Positions 29,409 to 43,900 of a stretch of 64,000 nucleotides of DNA are shown here, piece after piece. The notes below the pieces were generated by a model. It did no database searches. It saw nothing but the letters and a program-made list of their open reading frames with translations, and was not told the DNA's origin. Position 1 is the first letter of the stretch, and each line of letters begins with the position of its first letter. The stretch is taken from NCBI GenBank assembly GCA_964016885.1, contig OZ024742.1, positions 48,670,001 to 48,734,000 of the forward strand. The letters run 5' to 3'. The DNA is from Eledone cirrhosa (Eukaryota). A program made the position numbers and the translations under genes.

Positions 29409-30057
29409 GACGTAAAATAAGAAAATTATAAAAATTAAATTACTTACTAAAATTTCACTCCAACTAATTAGTTTCTGAAAGGGAATAAACATGGTTTCCG
29501 AATGGAACAACATGGAGAAAATCCTTTCGTCATCAGGGAAGTCTGTTCTCAGCTAAGTTCCCAGGCAATGCGTGGACACAGGGAACTTATACAAAAATAA
29601 TTCAGTGGATGGAAAAAAGCAAAGCGTGGACTAAGTTCCAAGACATTGAAAAAATAACTGCCTACTTGGTCGGTGGCAAATTCAAAAGAATCAATCACGT
29701 GACATCGAGGTTAATCAGTGAGGAGTGGTGTTAATAAGACAGCAGCCGAACCATTACTATGAACTATAGCAGCAGTTTTGGCAAATTTTTGCTCAACAAA
29801 ATAATTTGGAGATAATTATAAAGAATTAGTATATCTACCAACATATATATACAGATGCATACCTATGCTAGCAAATATATAGGTTTTGTCTTAGTAACTT
29901 TGTGGTTCAATGCAAGGGGATGCAGAACAATAATATGAAAGACGTAAAATAAGAAAATTATAAAAATTAACTTACTTACTAAAATTTCACTCCAACTAAT
30001 TAGTTTCTGAAAGGGAATAAACATGGTTTCCGAATGGAACAACATGGAGAAAATCCA
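29401..30057. mobile_element. Family-B element with a ~124-bp direct terminal repeat (period 532 bp)
   Basis: atatgaaagacgtaaaataag...ggagaaaatcc at 29401-29524 and 29933-30057. Confidence 0.8.
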
Positions 30058-30251
30058 AATGTTGTTGAATAAATTTATCTGTTGCTTTTGAATAATTGTT
30101 GTTTCGTATGAAATGTAATAAGTTCTCTTTGTCATTGAAGTAAATAAATGTTTGACCGTTCCACACTCAAAAACAAACGTTCTCTCTCTCTCTCTCCCTC
30201 TCACTCTCTCTCTCTCTCTTAAAGTTTGTAAGTTTAATCATCATCATCATC

Positions 30252-30606
30252 ATCATTATCTATAAAAGGCAGATTGGTGTTGTTGTGTGTGTGTGTGTGT
30301 GCATGTTCCATGTTTATATTCGATAAGACTGCAACTTCGATACATGCTGCAACTTTCTCTGATGAACGTGAGTAGAGAGACGAAATGTTATTGTATTAGA
30401 GGGGTAAAGGGTCAGGTATTTAGTTTTATCGATTATTTCCGTAATTGTGGGTGAGTTTGAATGAAATAAATAGTCGGTGACCTGAGTGAGACCATTTACA
30501 ACATTCTTACAGACTTTGAATCGAATTGGTTTGAAATTGTATAAATGTATAAATATGGAACATGCACACACACAACAACAACAATCTGCCTTTTATAGAT
30601 AATGAT
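30252..30606. repeat. Element with ~65-bp inverted ends
   Basis: atcattatctataaaaggcagattg..gcatgttccat versus atggaacatgc..caatctgccttttatagataatgat. Confidence 0.75.
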
Positions 30607-30615
30607 ATTCATATT

Positions 30616-30655
<40 letters not shown>

Positions 30656-30662
30656 TATTTAC

Positions 30663-30719
<57 letters not shown>

Positions 30720-30723
30720 TCTT

Positions 30724-30757
<34 letters not shown>

Positions 30758-30842
30758 TATTTACATATACATATTCATATTTACATATATATATATATAT
30801 ATATATATATTCATATTTACATATATATATATTCATATTTGC

Positions 30843-30901
<59 letters not shown>

Positions 30902-30929
30902 TAAATATATATCGATTTCTCCCTCATTC

Positions 30930-31960
30930 ACTGGAAGAAATCGTTTGTGTTTAAAGCTTGAGAGTGATGGTGTCAACCAGTTTTAAAATGCCCAATACAC
31001 TACATATATCATTACGTTGCTCCTTTGATTCCATTCAAATTTTCGTATCCATATATTAATTCTCATTGCTTGAATCTGTCAACCTTTGAGTAGCCGGTTC
31101 ATATGGTACAATTTACCGAGGTAAGCATCGGTAGATTAATTAACCGACTATTTGTTAATTGGCTTGCTTTGCTCTCTTTCATTTCTCAAAGTCTAAACAA
31201 GTATACTTTCAAAGAAACTAGAGTTCTCTCTACTAGAAGATACATCACACATCTACTTAATTCTATAGTGAATGGAAATACGCAGCAATTGCATGGGTGT
31301 TGAGATGATTTGAATTGGTTTGTCTTAACCTATTACACAATTCCCATGAAACAATACCCACTCCCACCGTCTACAAATGATATCTACAAATTATATTTAT
31401 CACACATTCAATATTCCCCTGATCATAGAATTCTACCTTCTCACAGTACAGAAAAAAACAAAAACAAAAAACATCCGATTAATAAGATAAGTGTTTTAAA
31501 ATTACTTGGCTCTATGAATTATCTTTATTTAGCATGTCAGCCATAGTTTCTACATTCCTTGAAAGTGGTTCATATCAAGGAACTCCATATAGCCCAAAAC
31601 GTGTTAATGAAGCCATTCTTTATCCTTTCTGTGTATTTCTCATTTACACGAGCATTTAAGGAAATAATTCTTTTCATTGTACTGTTGAGAGTCAGACTCT
31701 AATTTCCTGGTCAATTGTAAAGATGCTTGTTTGCTTTAATGATTTGTCGTGCTTTAACGATCCTCAGGTAACATTTAATATTTCTCACCGTTGCAACAAA
31801 AGTTGATTCTACTAGTATGAACATGATCATTTTGTAATGCGAAAAGTAGCACTCTACCCTCTTGTAGAAATATAGCGTGAAAGAATCTATGATATTACAA
31901 TTGTTGTTGACGTAATTTCGAGTGTGTGTATTAGTTAGATCTCTTTTTGTATCTGTCATT
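30930..31960 (-). pseudogene. Possible highly decayed PLE RT
   Basis: Minus-strand remnants in the expected order: IIKANK (~31735), VDG..FMG (~31350), FTIE (~31265). Confidence 0.35.
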
Positions 31961-32204
31961 AGTAACTAAGCTATCACATATATCACCTTAAATTATGTGC
32001 AGAAGTATACATTTAATTAAAACAAAACACACATTTTAATTAATTCTAAAACATCATGTAAAGAAAATTTACAATTGGATGGACAATTTATAGCCTTATA
32101 TGTACAAATCACGACTCTGGTCATATTTGCAACAGCTCTTTGGCTTAACAGTCCAGAACTAGTTGCTGAGACGGCAACAGCTCAGCTGTCTGATCATCAC
32201 TCTT

Positions 32205-32375
32205 GTCAGTATCAGTAGAGGGTCGGACGCCATGCTTTGACGCTTTGAGTTACGGCCCATGCCATTCTGAGTTCAAATCCCGCCGAGGTTAACTTTGCCT
32301 TTCATCCTTGCAGGGTCGATAAAATAAAGTACCAGTAATTGGTGACCTTGTGTCGAAAGTAGAAACAATTATAAT
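32205..32375 (+). mobile_element. tRNA-derived SINE
   Basis: cagtatcagtagagggtcggacgcc..gagttcaaatcccgccgagg..agtagaaacaatt. Confidence 0.85.
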
Positions 32376-32444
32376 ATAGCCATACTACCCTAAGTATCGA
32401 GTTCTGTTTAGTAATGGTCTGACTAGTTTTAAACTGGTTCTATC

Positions 32445-32485
<41 letters not shown>

Positions 32486-32494
32486 TATTTATAT

Positions 32495-32685
32495 AATTGT
32501 TTCTACTTTTGGTACAAGGCCACCAATTATCCCACTGCATTACTGGTACTTTATTTTATCGGCCCCGTAAGGATGAAAGGCAAAGTTAACCTCGACGAGA
32601 TTTGAACTCAGAAAGGCAAGGACCGTAACTCTATGCGTCAAAGCATGGTGTCCGACCTTTAACCGATACTGCCATTCCACCACCC
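32495..32685 (-). mobile_element. tRNA-derived SINE
   Basis: Reverse complement of the consensus. Confidence 0.85.
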
Positions 32686-32965
32686 CTTATATATATATAA
32701 AATGCATGTTCGTATGTATGTAAATATACATGTACGTTTCTGTTGTTTATGTGTGCGTTTGTGTATGTGCCTGTGTATATACGCGCACACGTAGACTTGC
32801 TCCCTCTCCTTCTCCTTCTCCTTCACTATAATTAACTGTCTTTCGCTATCAAAATACAGGAATGACCCCTCTTTTTCTCTCTCATTCTATCTATTCCAAT
32901 ACCTCCTTGCTAATCATTAATTATTCTCTCTCTCTCTATATATATATATATATCTCTCTCCCTCT

Positions 32966-33026
<61 letters not shown>

Positions 33027-33779
33027 ATGCCACTATCTATCTTATAACACTTACAACATTCAGTACGCCATCTTTTCTTTTTACTATATTTTCTCTGTAT
33101 ATTTCACCTCGATTTACTTTTAATATCTCTCGCTAAATCTTTATTTATTCATTTTTCTTTTTATTTATTTTTCTTTTATTATTTTATTATTTCTTTCTTT
33201 CTTTCTCTCCATTTCTAACGTTCTCCTTTCTCACTCATTCTCTCATTCATTCTCTTTCAATCTCTTCCATTTTTCTCACCATCTCTCTGTTGCATATTTT
33301 CTCTCCATCTCTCTCTCACACACGCGTTCTCTATCCTTCTCTATCTAACTTTACTCGGTTCCTCTCTATTCCTGTTTCTTTTAGACATACTACTCTCATC
33401 TCAGTAGCCAAACTTATACACCATCAACAACACGATGTCATATATTTACAACGTGATAGTGACCAAGTAAATTTCATATTTCGTTTCGTTGTTCTAATTT
33501 CTATTCAACACAAAAACACGACATAAAGAATGAAACAAGATCGTTCCATTAACACTGGTATTAAATAACTCCATGAATAAGAACAGCAACAGTAGTAGAA
33601 TCAGTAGTAGTAGTAGTAGTGGTGGTGGTGGTGGTGGTGGTGGTAGTAGTATTTCTTAAGCTGAATACAATAACAAGTAATTTCGTACATACATGCAAAA
33701 AGAAATGAAGCAATATAAAATAGCTTTAAATCGTGTGTGGTAAAGATAATCAAGTTATACATTTAAAAAAAATGTATAT

Positions 33780-33893
<114 letters not shown>

Positions 33894-35984
33894 CTGCAAA
33901 ATGTTATGTAATAAATACAGAAACGAATATAAACATTTTTGGAAGACAAACAAATAATTACAGAGAGCAATGAAAAATGATGATAAAATACAATATTTCA
34001 ACGCTAGTATTAATTAAATACCGCAACAATAAACCACACATAAATGAGAAACTGCCACCTACTCTAATCAGAACAATTCACGTTAGTGAGAATGTATCTC
34101 CTCGCAATCTTCTCTGTAACATGGATAGGTTTATTTATATTTTTCGTAGGTTGAATCAATTTTCTTCTGGGTTAGTGTTTTCGAATTCTTATTATGTTGT
34201 ATTACATATCAGTGCTTTTATCGCTGCAGTTTACACTATTTTTATTACAATTAATGTTTAAAAAACTATATAATTTCTTTGTTTTCTAAATTATATGTGT
34301 AAATGTCTAAAGCTTGACCTCCCTCTTTGTGTTTGATTTTAAGGATAATTTGTCAACGTGTTTGTAGACGCAAATTGTACCTCTTTATGTGAATAGCATC
34401 CCTTTTCCCGACCTTTGAAACAATCAACATACTCTGCGTCTATATATTGCAAGTGGTTATATGTCAAACAAGTTTATATAGTTTAAAGTATCTAAACATG
34501 AATACTTATTCTTCTTCTAAACGTAATGGTGAGAAAGCAGACAGAAAACAAGGATCGCTTTTGGAAGTGTTAAAACTCATGCAGAAAAATACACTGAATG
34601 CTTCAGATACGCAAATATGTATCTCAATCAGAAAATAGAATTGCTAATCAGGGACTTTTACTACAATAGAAAATTCAAATCATTTCACATGTCAAAGAAA
34701 TAGAGAGTTGAACTTGATTAGGCAATGAAATAACATAAAAAGTAAGACTATATCAAAACCAAAAATCAAAAGCACACTAAAAGCAAAATAATAATTTTTC
34801 GTCAGCAAACGACCAAATTGATAACGACAATAACAATTACGTTTAGCAACAATGTAATTAAATGTCAAAACCTCAGCAGTATAAGCAACATTACTCCATT
34901 ATTGTTACTTTCATGATCTTTATCACGAACTTTATCATCACTAGCTTCATGAGTGCTAAAACCACAATCTCCTTATACACCTACCGCTACTCTGCAACAC
35001 CTCATCAGCATTGTTATCTTCACCAGAATCTTCATGAATATGATCATTATTATCATCATCACCGTCATCAACTATAATGGCTTTATCTTCCCTATCAACA
35101 ATATTATGAGCCAACGTCATAATCTCTATTTTAAATCGCAAACTGCTAGACATAGAAGACAAATGTCCTTCAAATGAAACCTTGCTGCTAAAGAATGAGA
35201 TGAACGACACGATAGTTAATACAGTCCTGTGTGTATTGTAGTTGAACAAAATAATGTCTGGAAGTTCACTATAATTTTCAGTATTTTCTGGCTGAATTGT
35301 ACATAATTATTTAAGCTGATCATTATTACAATTTTATTTGTAAAGTAATTAGTTCAGCGTTTTAACATTAAAATCTTCTACCATTTTAAGTTGTTGTAGG
35401 GATGAGTTATATTTTTAAAAAGAGGGGGGCGGGAACAAATAGACAAATGAATGCAAAAGTATAAACAAAAATTAAGTGAATGAAAGAGAAAGAAAGAAAA
35501 ATTATTTCTAGAAGAGTGAAAATAAAGATAAATGCAAGTATGATGCAGGAAATATGGTTGGAATAGAGGAAGGAAGGTGTTATTCCCTTTTAAAGAAATA
35601 AAATGATAAAAGATGTAGTGAACTGATCTTACATCTGTCACTTGTTAATGCGATAAGAAGGAAGCAATCAGCATCTGTTTTATTTCTAGAGCAAGATAGT
35701 TGCTCGAAGAAACTTTTTTCTAGTTTTACTCAATTTACTACACAATGTTTCAGTACTTACTATGTTATATTCAAGTAAATTGTAGAGTTATCATTGCTGT
35801 AGCTAACGGCTATCTGATTAGGCACAGAGGCGTGAGAGATGTATCAATTTTATTTATTGTCAGTATATTTCGTTTTTAACGGCTAAAGACGAGCAATTTT
35901 GCTTTTGGTGAAGATGATGATAAATATATGATAATACTATTAATAAATAACATCAATGAGCGAGACAGTAAGAAAAAATAATAA

Positions 35985-36168
35985 TAATTGTTTCTACTTT
36001 TGGCACAAGGCCAGCAAATTCCTAGTGTATTACTGGTACTTTATTTTATCGGCCCCGTAAGGATGAAAAGCAAAGTTAACCTCGGCGGGATTTGAACTCA
36101 GAATGGCAAGGGCCGTAACACTACGCGTCAAAGCATGGCGTCCGACCCTCTACCGATACTGCCAATCC
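35985..36168 (-). mobile_element. tRNA-derived SINE
   Basis: Full-length reverse-complement copy with (taa)n tail. Confidence 0.88.
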
Positions 36169-36169
36169 A

Positions 36170-37400
36170 TAATGATTTCTTTATTAGCCACACAGGGCTC
36201 ACATTAAAGAAACATTAAAGAAGATACGAGTCGATACAGTGCGGGTTTTTCTTTGTGTAAAATAAAATTTATAAAAGAGACTAAGGAAATAAACATTTAA
36301 AACAAACATAAAATAATTCCCCAGAGGTGAGGAGACTCTAAGTGTTACTCGTGTAGAAATCCCCAAAAAGCCATGGTCACCCTCTCCGCTACGGAAAAGT
36401 GCCCTCTCCCAGTATTTCTACTCTAATCTACTGACATATGCTCAAGACAGGCCCATTCACACGGACAATGTTCGTCGCCTCTGTCACCAACCTTTCAACA
36501 AACATATTGGAAGGCAGCACTTCCCTATCCACCCTAATTTTCTTCTTCAAGTCACATCTGAAAAGGTTAATCAGGGCTTTGCCGAAGCCATAGCCACTAG
36601 GCAGATAAAAACTGCCTCTCCTTCCGCTCTAAAGGAACACGGCGGGGCGATCTTCACGATGGACTCAGTTAATAGTCGTATCTGTCCTACAGGTGAGAGT
36701 AGGTTCTCGCTTTAAACCCATAGGTCAGCAATATTCGGACATTCGACGCCTGCGTGCAGGACGGTCTCGTCGCTCTACGCGCACCTCCGACAGGCCCGAG
36801 TGGCGACACTTCCATACCTTTAGAGTTTATTTGAAACTGTCAAATCTCCTCGGTAGCACTGCCAGGCTAGGGATGTCTGGAAGATATCAATGGGCCCAGG
36901 ACCAACAATAATAATAATAAGTTTTTTATTGGTCACAAGGGCCGACATATAGGAGACAATAAAAAATACAGGGACAGTGGGAGGTTTAAATAAATAAGTG
37001 TAAACAATATAAGTACCAATGACAAATTTACAAGAGCATCTCAACAATGAAAATTTCCCAATAGGTGGGGATAATCATCCAGTGTCGTCTCAAGTACTCC
37101 ATCAATCCTGAAGCAACCGACGCTCCGAAGTTGAAAGTGTCTGTCTTCAATCCCTTCAACCTGCTCCACCATACAACATCTTTCGCTACCGCTACCAGAA
37201 AGAGGAAAATTGCCTGCCCTTCCTGGCCAAAAGAAGGTGGTGGCCGATCTTCACTATGGAATTGGCTGATAGCCGGATCCGTTCTACACGTGAAAACCAC
37301 TCAGTAATGAATGGACACTGGACGGCAGTTTCCCACCGGTAGCACTGCTAACGGAAGGAATTCCGGAAGTTATCCATCCTCACCGGCTCGAGCACCTCCG
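36170..37400 (-). mobile_element. Two L1/Tx1-like 3' fragments
   Basis: ORF 37028-37300 (CRTDPA..FLVAVAKDVVWW) matches ORF 13974-14306; 36440-36700 is a second diverged copy; both end with aataaa near (att)n. Confidence 0.55.
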
Positions 37401-37499
37401 GTACAGACTGGTCAATTCGACTGGTCCGTCCAACGATCAAATCAAACGAAATCAAACGAAATATTTTCCCAGCACTACGTGCTGTGCCGATTCATAATT

Positions 37500-38870
37500 T
37501 AGGAAAGAAATGAAAGTTAAGATCAAAAGGTGTAATTTAAAAGAACATGAGTGTAGAAAGAACGCGAAAGAAAATGTTTACAATAATCTAAGGACGACAT
37601 ATAATGGCTTAAGTGGAAAAAAATTCACTTGAAGGAAAGCATTCTGGAATCAACTGACGAGGGTTGTGTTAGAACAAATGCGCGAAGAGGTATACATATA
37701 CATGGTGGTGATCAGAAGAAATACAATCTACGCTAAAAGCCAAGAAACGCCCTTTCAAAACATGGCAGAAAGACAGAAACAACTTGGATTAACAGAAATA
37801 GTATAAATCTGCAAAGAACCTAGCGGAGAGGGAAGTGGGAACGACGAAGTGGAATGCGGGTAATCAGCTCTATAACAATCTCAACACAAAATAGGATGAA
37901 AGCTTAATTTAAAGAATATCAAAGCAAAGAGCACAACAAAATATGATAACAGATCCTACAGAATTGTCCAAACAGTAGTGAGGACACCACATGATGAGAC
38001 AGATCCATTCAAAGTAAATGTAGAACTGCACGAATATTCAGCATGGAGCCCGATTGTGTTTGTTGTAGTTCTTGATACAATAACGGAGGCCTGGAGAAGG
38101 GGAATTCATTTGGGATACCTTTTTGCAGCTAATCTAGTAATGATGGAAAAAAAACAGTAAATGAATTGCAGCAAAATTGGTTGAAATTGCAAAAGTTACA
38201 AGCATCTTATGGATTGAAAGTTGGTATCAAAAATACGACAATGATGATCACTAAATATCCCTCAAAGAAATGAATGTGGTTCACAGCAATAATATCATAT
38301 TAAATCATGTTGATAGTTTCAAATAGCTACGCATGATGTTAACTGAATACTGAGGATCATGGATGGCAGTGAAAGTGTTATGTGTTATGATTGAAATGGA
38401 AATAAATGAGTGAGGTTATTTTTTTACAATAAAATGCCGATGAAACTCAGAGCTGAATTATACAAAATCAGTTCTAAATTACGAATACGAAAATTGGAAT
38501 CTAAGACCAAAAGAGGAAAACATTTTGGAAGCCACCGAAATGAGAATGATCCAGGGAATAAAAGGAGTTTCTTTCTTGTATCCTACTATAGTTAAATATA
38601 ACAGAAAAGAAATGGATGTAGACCCCATGTTGGAGAAGATTCTGGCGACGCGATGGAGGTGGTTTGTGCACATAGTCAGGTTGAGTGAAAACAGCCCTGA
38701 CAAGCAAGCATGAACAATTACAATACCTGTTGGAAGAATCAAAAAGCGTTGGAACGATAACATAAAGGAAGATTTGTTAAGAAAGGGATTGATACAGGAG
38801 GCTTTGAAGCGGGACAGCTGGTGAGATCGTATCAATTTAAAAAGGCCACGACACAGCATTGTTGCTAGAT
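37500..38870 (+). mobile_element. Degenerate RTE (BovB/Rex3-like) LINE
   Basis: FKVNVELHEYSAWSPIVF (HQGSALSP-like), LFAANLV, ATEMRMIQGIKGV, RWRWFVHIVR. Confidence 0.7.
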
Positions 38871-38959
38871 AAAGTGTATGATGAGGTAACTCATTTTCAC
38901 GATTACTATTTATGATAACAATAACACCAACACTTCGGAATATTATAATTGGTTACCAC

Positions 38960-40495
38960 TGTCGAAAGTAGGCACCATTCAGAAATTATCATCCTTAATG
39001 GCCTGAAGCTGTTTGGAACTCTGAAATCCAGATAGATTTTTCGGTTAAATCTGTCCAGATATATTGCTGTGACATCGGTATGAAGCTTGGAATTTCCAAA
39101 TGTTCTGTGCTCAATAGAAAAAGAGGGAAGAAAGCATCTTGTAGTGGACTATGGCTGCCATCGGGAGAAACCTGGTGGGAACCAGAAGACAGTGGATACA
39201 AGTAGTTGCGGCTTTTAGAACTAGGTGAACTTTTACATGAATAAATGAAAGGAAGGGTTAGAATGTCCTATTTAAAAATAGTTTAAACGATTTTAAAATA
39301 CAAGCTGAATCTGAGAAATCTAGACAGTGCAATAAATATCTGGTCTGTGGTAGTGATTAGATAGAGTGCGTCATTTCGAAGGTGAACCGAAGAAGAAACA
39401 TTGAAGTTTGATGGAAAGACGGGAAATTTAATGATATTGTACATAGCTTTACTCCGTAAGACACATGAATAGATAGTATATGAGAAAAGAGTTAGTGGCA
39501 GAGGTCTCACGAGTGTAGAATTTTGTATAAGGTGTGAAAAAAGAACGTTTGCAGAATATTTGGTAAAAAGTGACGAAGTTTTGCAATATGCAAGAGAAGA
39601 TATCACTGTAAATTCAGAGAAAATGGTTCGTAAGGAAGAGTTTAAGAGACAAGAATAGAATATATTCTGGAAATGAGAATGCATGATCAGTTTGAAAGAA
39701 ATATACAGGATATCAATAATAGAACAACGTCATGGGCATGGCTTAAGCAACACGATTTGAAGCCGACCATTTAAAGACTGGTAGTTGCAATAAAAAACCA
39801 AGCTTTTGCTACCAATTCGGCAAAGTATAATATCTACAAAACTTCAGATACCCAAAAGTGCGGAATCTGGGCAAAGAATGCGGACAATTCAGACCAAGTG
39901 GTAAGTGAATATGAGAGCCTTACGCAAAATAATACAACCGCCGCCATGGTAAAATATGCTTGTACCTTCATTGGCTTTTATGTAATAAACGCCAATACGA
40001 AGTAACAGAGAATTGTATGAGCATGGGCCTTATAAAGAAATGCAGGAGCGTAAGAAAACAACGGTATTCAGGATTAAGTTTTCAGACTAATACACTAAAT
40101 GAATATCGGTGACTGGACATTGTCGTATTGAACAAGAAAAAAATAAAACTGTCAAATCAAAGACGTAGCCAAACATATGAAATGAGTAAAGAGGTTGAAA
40201 CAATCACCGAGTTCCCCGAAATGAAAGTAGAGATGGCAAGACTTTATGGAATGCGTGGGGATAATGTGAATGTGATACCACTTGTGATCGGTACACTAGG
40301 TTCAATCCCATTGAAATCCTAAAACTCCTTAAACTGGCTGGGAATAACACGCAAGATTTGTGTCTTGCAAAGGTCAGTCTAGCTAAGCATTGCACACATT
40401 TTAAGGAAATATTATGTGCCTGAGGTCCTTATTGTGACTTGAGAGACAACTAAATACTAAAGTCCACTTTCCATCTACACTACCAGACTAAATAA
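38960..40495 (+). mobile_element. Old degenerate Dong/R4-type LINE, 3' half
   Basis: DIGMKLGISKCSVL (~39071), GYK*L, WAWLK..DLK, VNVIPLVIGTLGSI; ends at (TAA)n. Confidence 0.75.
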
Positions 40496-40509
40496 ATAAA
40501 TAATAATAA

Positions 40510-40856
40510 TAATTGTTTCTACTTTAGGCACAAGGCCAGCAATCACCCAGTGCATTACTGGTACTTTATTTTATCGACCCCGTAAGGATGAAAGGCAAAG
40601 TCAACCTCGGCGGGATTTGAACTCAGATCGTAAAGGGACGTAACTATGCTGGAAAGCATGGTGTCCGACCCTCTATCGATACTGCCAAGGCACAAGGCCA
40701 GCAATTACCCAGTGCATTACTGATACTTTATTTTATTGACCCCGTAAGGATGAAAGGCAAAGTTAACTTCGGTGGGATTTGAGCTCAAAATGGCAAGGGC
40801 CGTAACTCTATGCGGCCAAGCATGGCGTCCGACCCTCTACCGATACTGCCAATCCA

Positions 40857-40857
<1 letters not shown>
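40510..40857 (-). mobile_element. Two tandem tRNA-derived SINE copies
   Basis: Consensus repeated at 40510-40688 and 40688-40857. Confidence 0.88.
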
Positions 40858-40919
<62 letters not shown>

Positions 40920-40935
40920 AAGAAGAAGAAGAAGA

Positions 40936-43900
40936 ATGAAGAGAGAAACAAGCCGACGGACAGAGAAGAGGGGGGAAAACTAAGTCAGACATTCGAACAC
41001 TACATTACAATGAAACTTATGCTTATTCATTTTTGGGGTCTTTTCTGCCTGTGTGTTTGTTTGTTTATTTGTGTTCGTCTACAGCGTGGTGATAATGCCA
41101 CACAAGTGCCAAGTGGAGCGGCGCAAACATCGGCGACGGTGAATCAACAGATGGCTATGTAACCATACATTCGCCAATCCTCGATAAGAGTGTTTAAATA
41201 TCGAACCTAAACAGTTCGAATAACGGTGAAATGGAGACTAGAACGTCATGTGACAGACTCTCTCCCAACAAGTGCTCCCTGGCTCAGCAGCAGGAACCTG
41301 ACTGTCAACCAAATACTGCTGATGTTGGAGGAAGAAGAAGAAGGAAAGGGGCCAGAGCCAACTGGACGAAAGAATTGAATAGAACTGTTATGCAATGTTA
41401 CCTGAAAAGTAACCCCAAGGAGAGGGGCTATAGGAGACGGATGCATAACATCTGGAACGAGATTGGTCTATTTAAATTAGATGAACAAAAATTGGCCGGG
41501 CAGGCTCGGGTAATAAGAACTAATGGGTGGATAAGCGAGCTGGAACTGGAGGAACTGAACAGAGAGAATAGCTTGGAGATGTAGGGTGTAGTATGCCAGA
41601 CAAACGAGCCAGTGGGAAATGAAGGTGAAGAGGTCGAAAGAACGGAGGAACCACCCGAAGCAGACAATGATCTGAATACTGAGATAAATAATACCTCGAA
41701 CAGAGATACGGCCACTGAGGAGATGAATGCTGACGGGCTAGGACAAGATTCGGTTGACATCCTAAATTTAGTGGTAGATGAATTGAACAATGATAGTGGG
41801 AGACCTATGAACCTAAGATTTGTAGACAGGAAAAAGTTAAAAGAAACAACAGCTAAGGTAAACAAAGTCATCCCATACCTTGAGGCGAGGAGCCTTCACC
41901 AGTGTAACAATATCCTCAAAGCAACAGCAAATACGGTGAGGAAACTACTTGGTATAAAAGCGAGAGGAAACAACAGAAAAGAAAGAGCAGAGCCTTGGTG
42001 GAAGAAACGACTGAGTGGTCAAATCAAGGAAATGAGAAATGACATAGGAAAGCTTGAGTCACTACTGAATGGGACACTAAAAAACATAGGCACTAAAAAT
42101 AGACTGGAAATAAAGTACAAAACTAGGAGGAAAAAGCTAAATATTATCATAGAGGAACTGAAGCAACGCATTGTAGCAAAGAGTGCAAAAATCAGGCGAT
42201 ACGAGAACAGAGTCAGTCAGTATAAACAGAACCGCATGTTTGACAACAACCAGAAGATGCTGTTTGGACAGCTTGAGGGAAAAGAAAGAGGCAACGACTT
42301 GATCCCTGGGACGGAACAAACTAAAACATTCTGGAGAGGAATATGGGAGCAGGATGTTAGACATAATGACCAGGCAGGGTGGATTGAGACAGTACAGAGG
42401 GAGATCGGTGAGCAGGCACACCAACAAACTGATTTGAGTATCACAGTTGAAACTCTTAAGGGGCAGGCCAAAAAACTAACCAACTGGAAATCACCAGGCC
42501 CAGATGGTGTGCAGGGGTATTGGATTAAACATTTAACATCCCTCCACCCGAAGCTGACGGCCATGTTCAATGACTGCTTGGTGTCGGGTGAGGTGCCAGA
42601 GTGGTTGACAAAAGGTACCACAGTTCTGATAATGAAAGACCGAATCAAGGGTAATGATGTTACCAACTATAGACCTATCACATGTCTGTCCGTAATGTGG
42701 AAACTGTTGACGAGCATTGTGTCTGAGGAAATCTACCATCACCTCCACACAAACAACTTGTTACCGGACGAACAGAAAGGATGCCGAAAGAAGTCACCTG
42801 GTGCAAAGGACCAGTTACTTATTGATAAGATGGTAATGGGGAATTGCAGGAGGAGACACACTGATCTTGCCATGGGATGGATAGACTACAGAAAGGCATT
42901 TGACATGGTGCCTCATTCTTGGATCACCAAAAGCCTGGAGATCTTCAAGGTGGCAGATAACATCAGACAGTTGCTGGGCAGGAGTATGGGGTCCTGGGAG
43001 ACAGAGTTGACATCAACTGGAGAATCCTTGGGAAGCGTGAAGATCAAGAGAGGTATCTTCCAGGGAGATAGCCTGTCCCCTCTGTTGTTTGTCCTTGCCC
43101 CGATGCCCTTGACCATTATGCTGCGAAAAGTGAGAGCAAGATACAAGTTGGGAAAGGGAGAGCTTACCATCAATCACCTCCTCTTCATGGACGATCTTAA
43201 GCTCTTCGGGAAGAGTGAGAAGGAGTTGGATGTGCTTGTTGACACTGTCCGTATTTTCAGCAGTGATATATGTATGCAGTTTGGTATTAGTAAATGTGGA
43301 GTCATTGTGATGAGGAGGGGTAGGTTGAGCAGAAGTAACGGAATCCAGATACCAACAGGTGAGATGATAAAGGAAATTGACTCTGAGGAAGGATACAAGT
43401 ATTTGGGCGTTCTGGAGGCTAATGGCATAAAGAACAAAAAAATGAAGGAATTGTTAAGAACTGAATACATTCGGAGAATAAGGAGCGTATTGAAGTCACA
43501 TCTGAACAGCAGAAATGCCATAAGCGCAGTAAATTCCCGAGCTGTGTCTATTATTAGGTACAGTGCGGGAATTCTGAGATGGAATGTTGCTGAACAAAAA
43601 GAAATGGATAGGAAGACTAGGAAGCTATTGACTATCTACAACATGTTCCACAAGAGGAGTGATGTCGATAGACTCTACCTAAGGAGATCTGAGGGTGTAA
43701 GTGGTCTTATCAGCATAGAGGACTGTGTTCAGATGGAGAAAATCAACCTACACAAATACGTGACTGATAGTAAGGAGCCAATGCTCAGAACTGTACTGAA
43801 GGAGGGGAGAGTAGGCCAGGGGATGTCCAAGGAGGAAATAACATCAAGGAGAAAGAGCAGCCTTCAGGGAAAATCCCTTCATAGTACCTTCTTTGAGAAA

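Noticed and set aside
32205-32685. Inverted SINE pair as a fold-back
   Set aside because: The copies differ like independent insertions of an abundant family
34990-35015. CTGATGA on the minus strand (also 28975; CTGAAGA at 14700 and CTGACGA at 37654 on the plus strand)
   Set aside because: No stem II or GAAA following
33900-35980. Possible host exons in apparently unique AT-rich DNA
   Set aside because: Short ORFs without recognisable domains; small exons cannot be excluded without RNA data
41040-41230. HDV-like ribozyme in the Dong 5' UTR (tcctcg at ~41179)
   Set aside because: Could not build P1, P2 or P3 pairings
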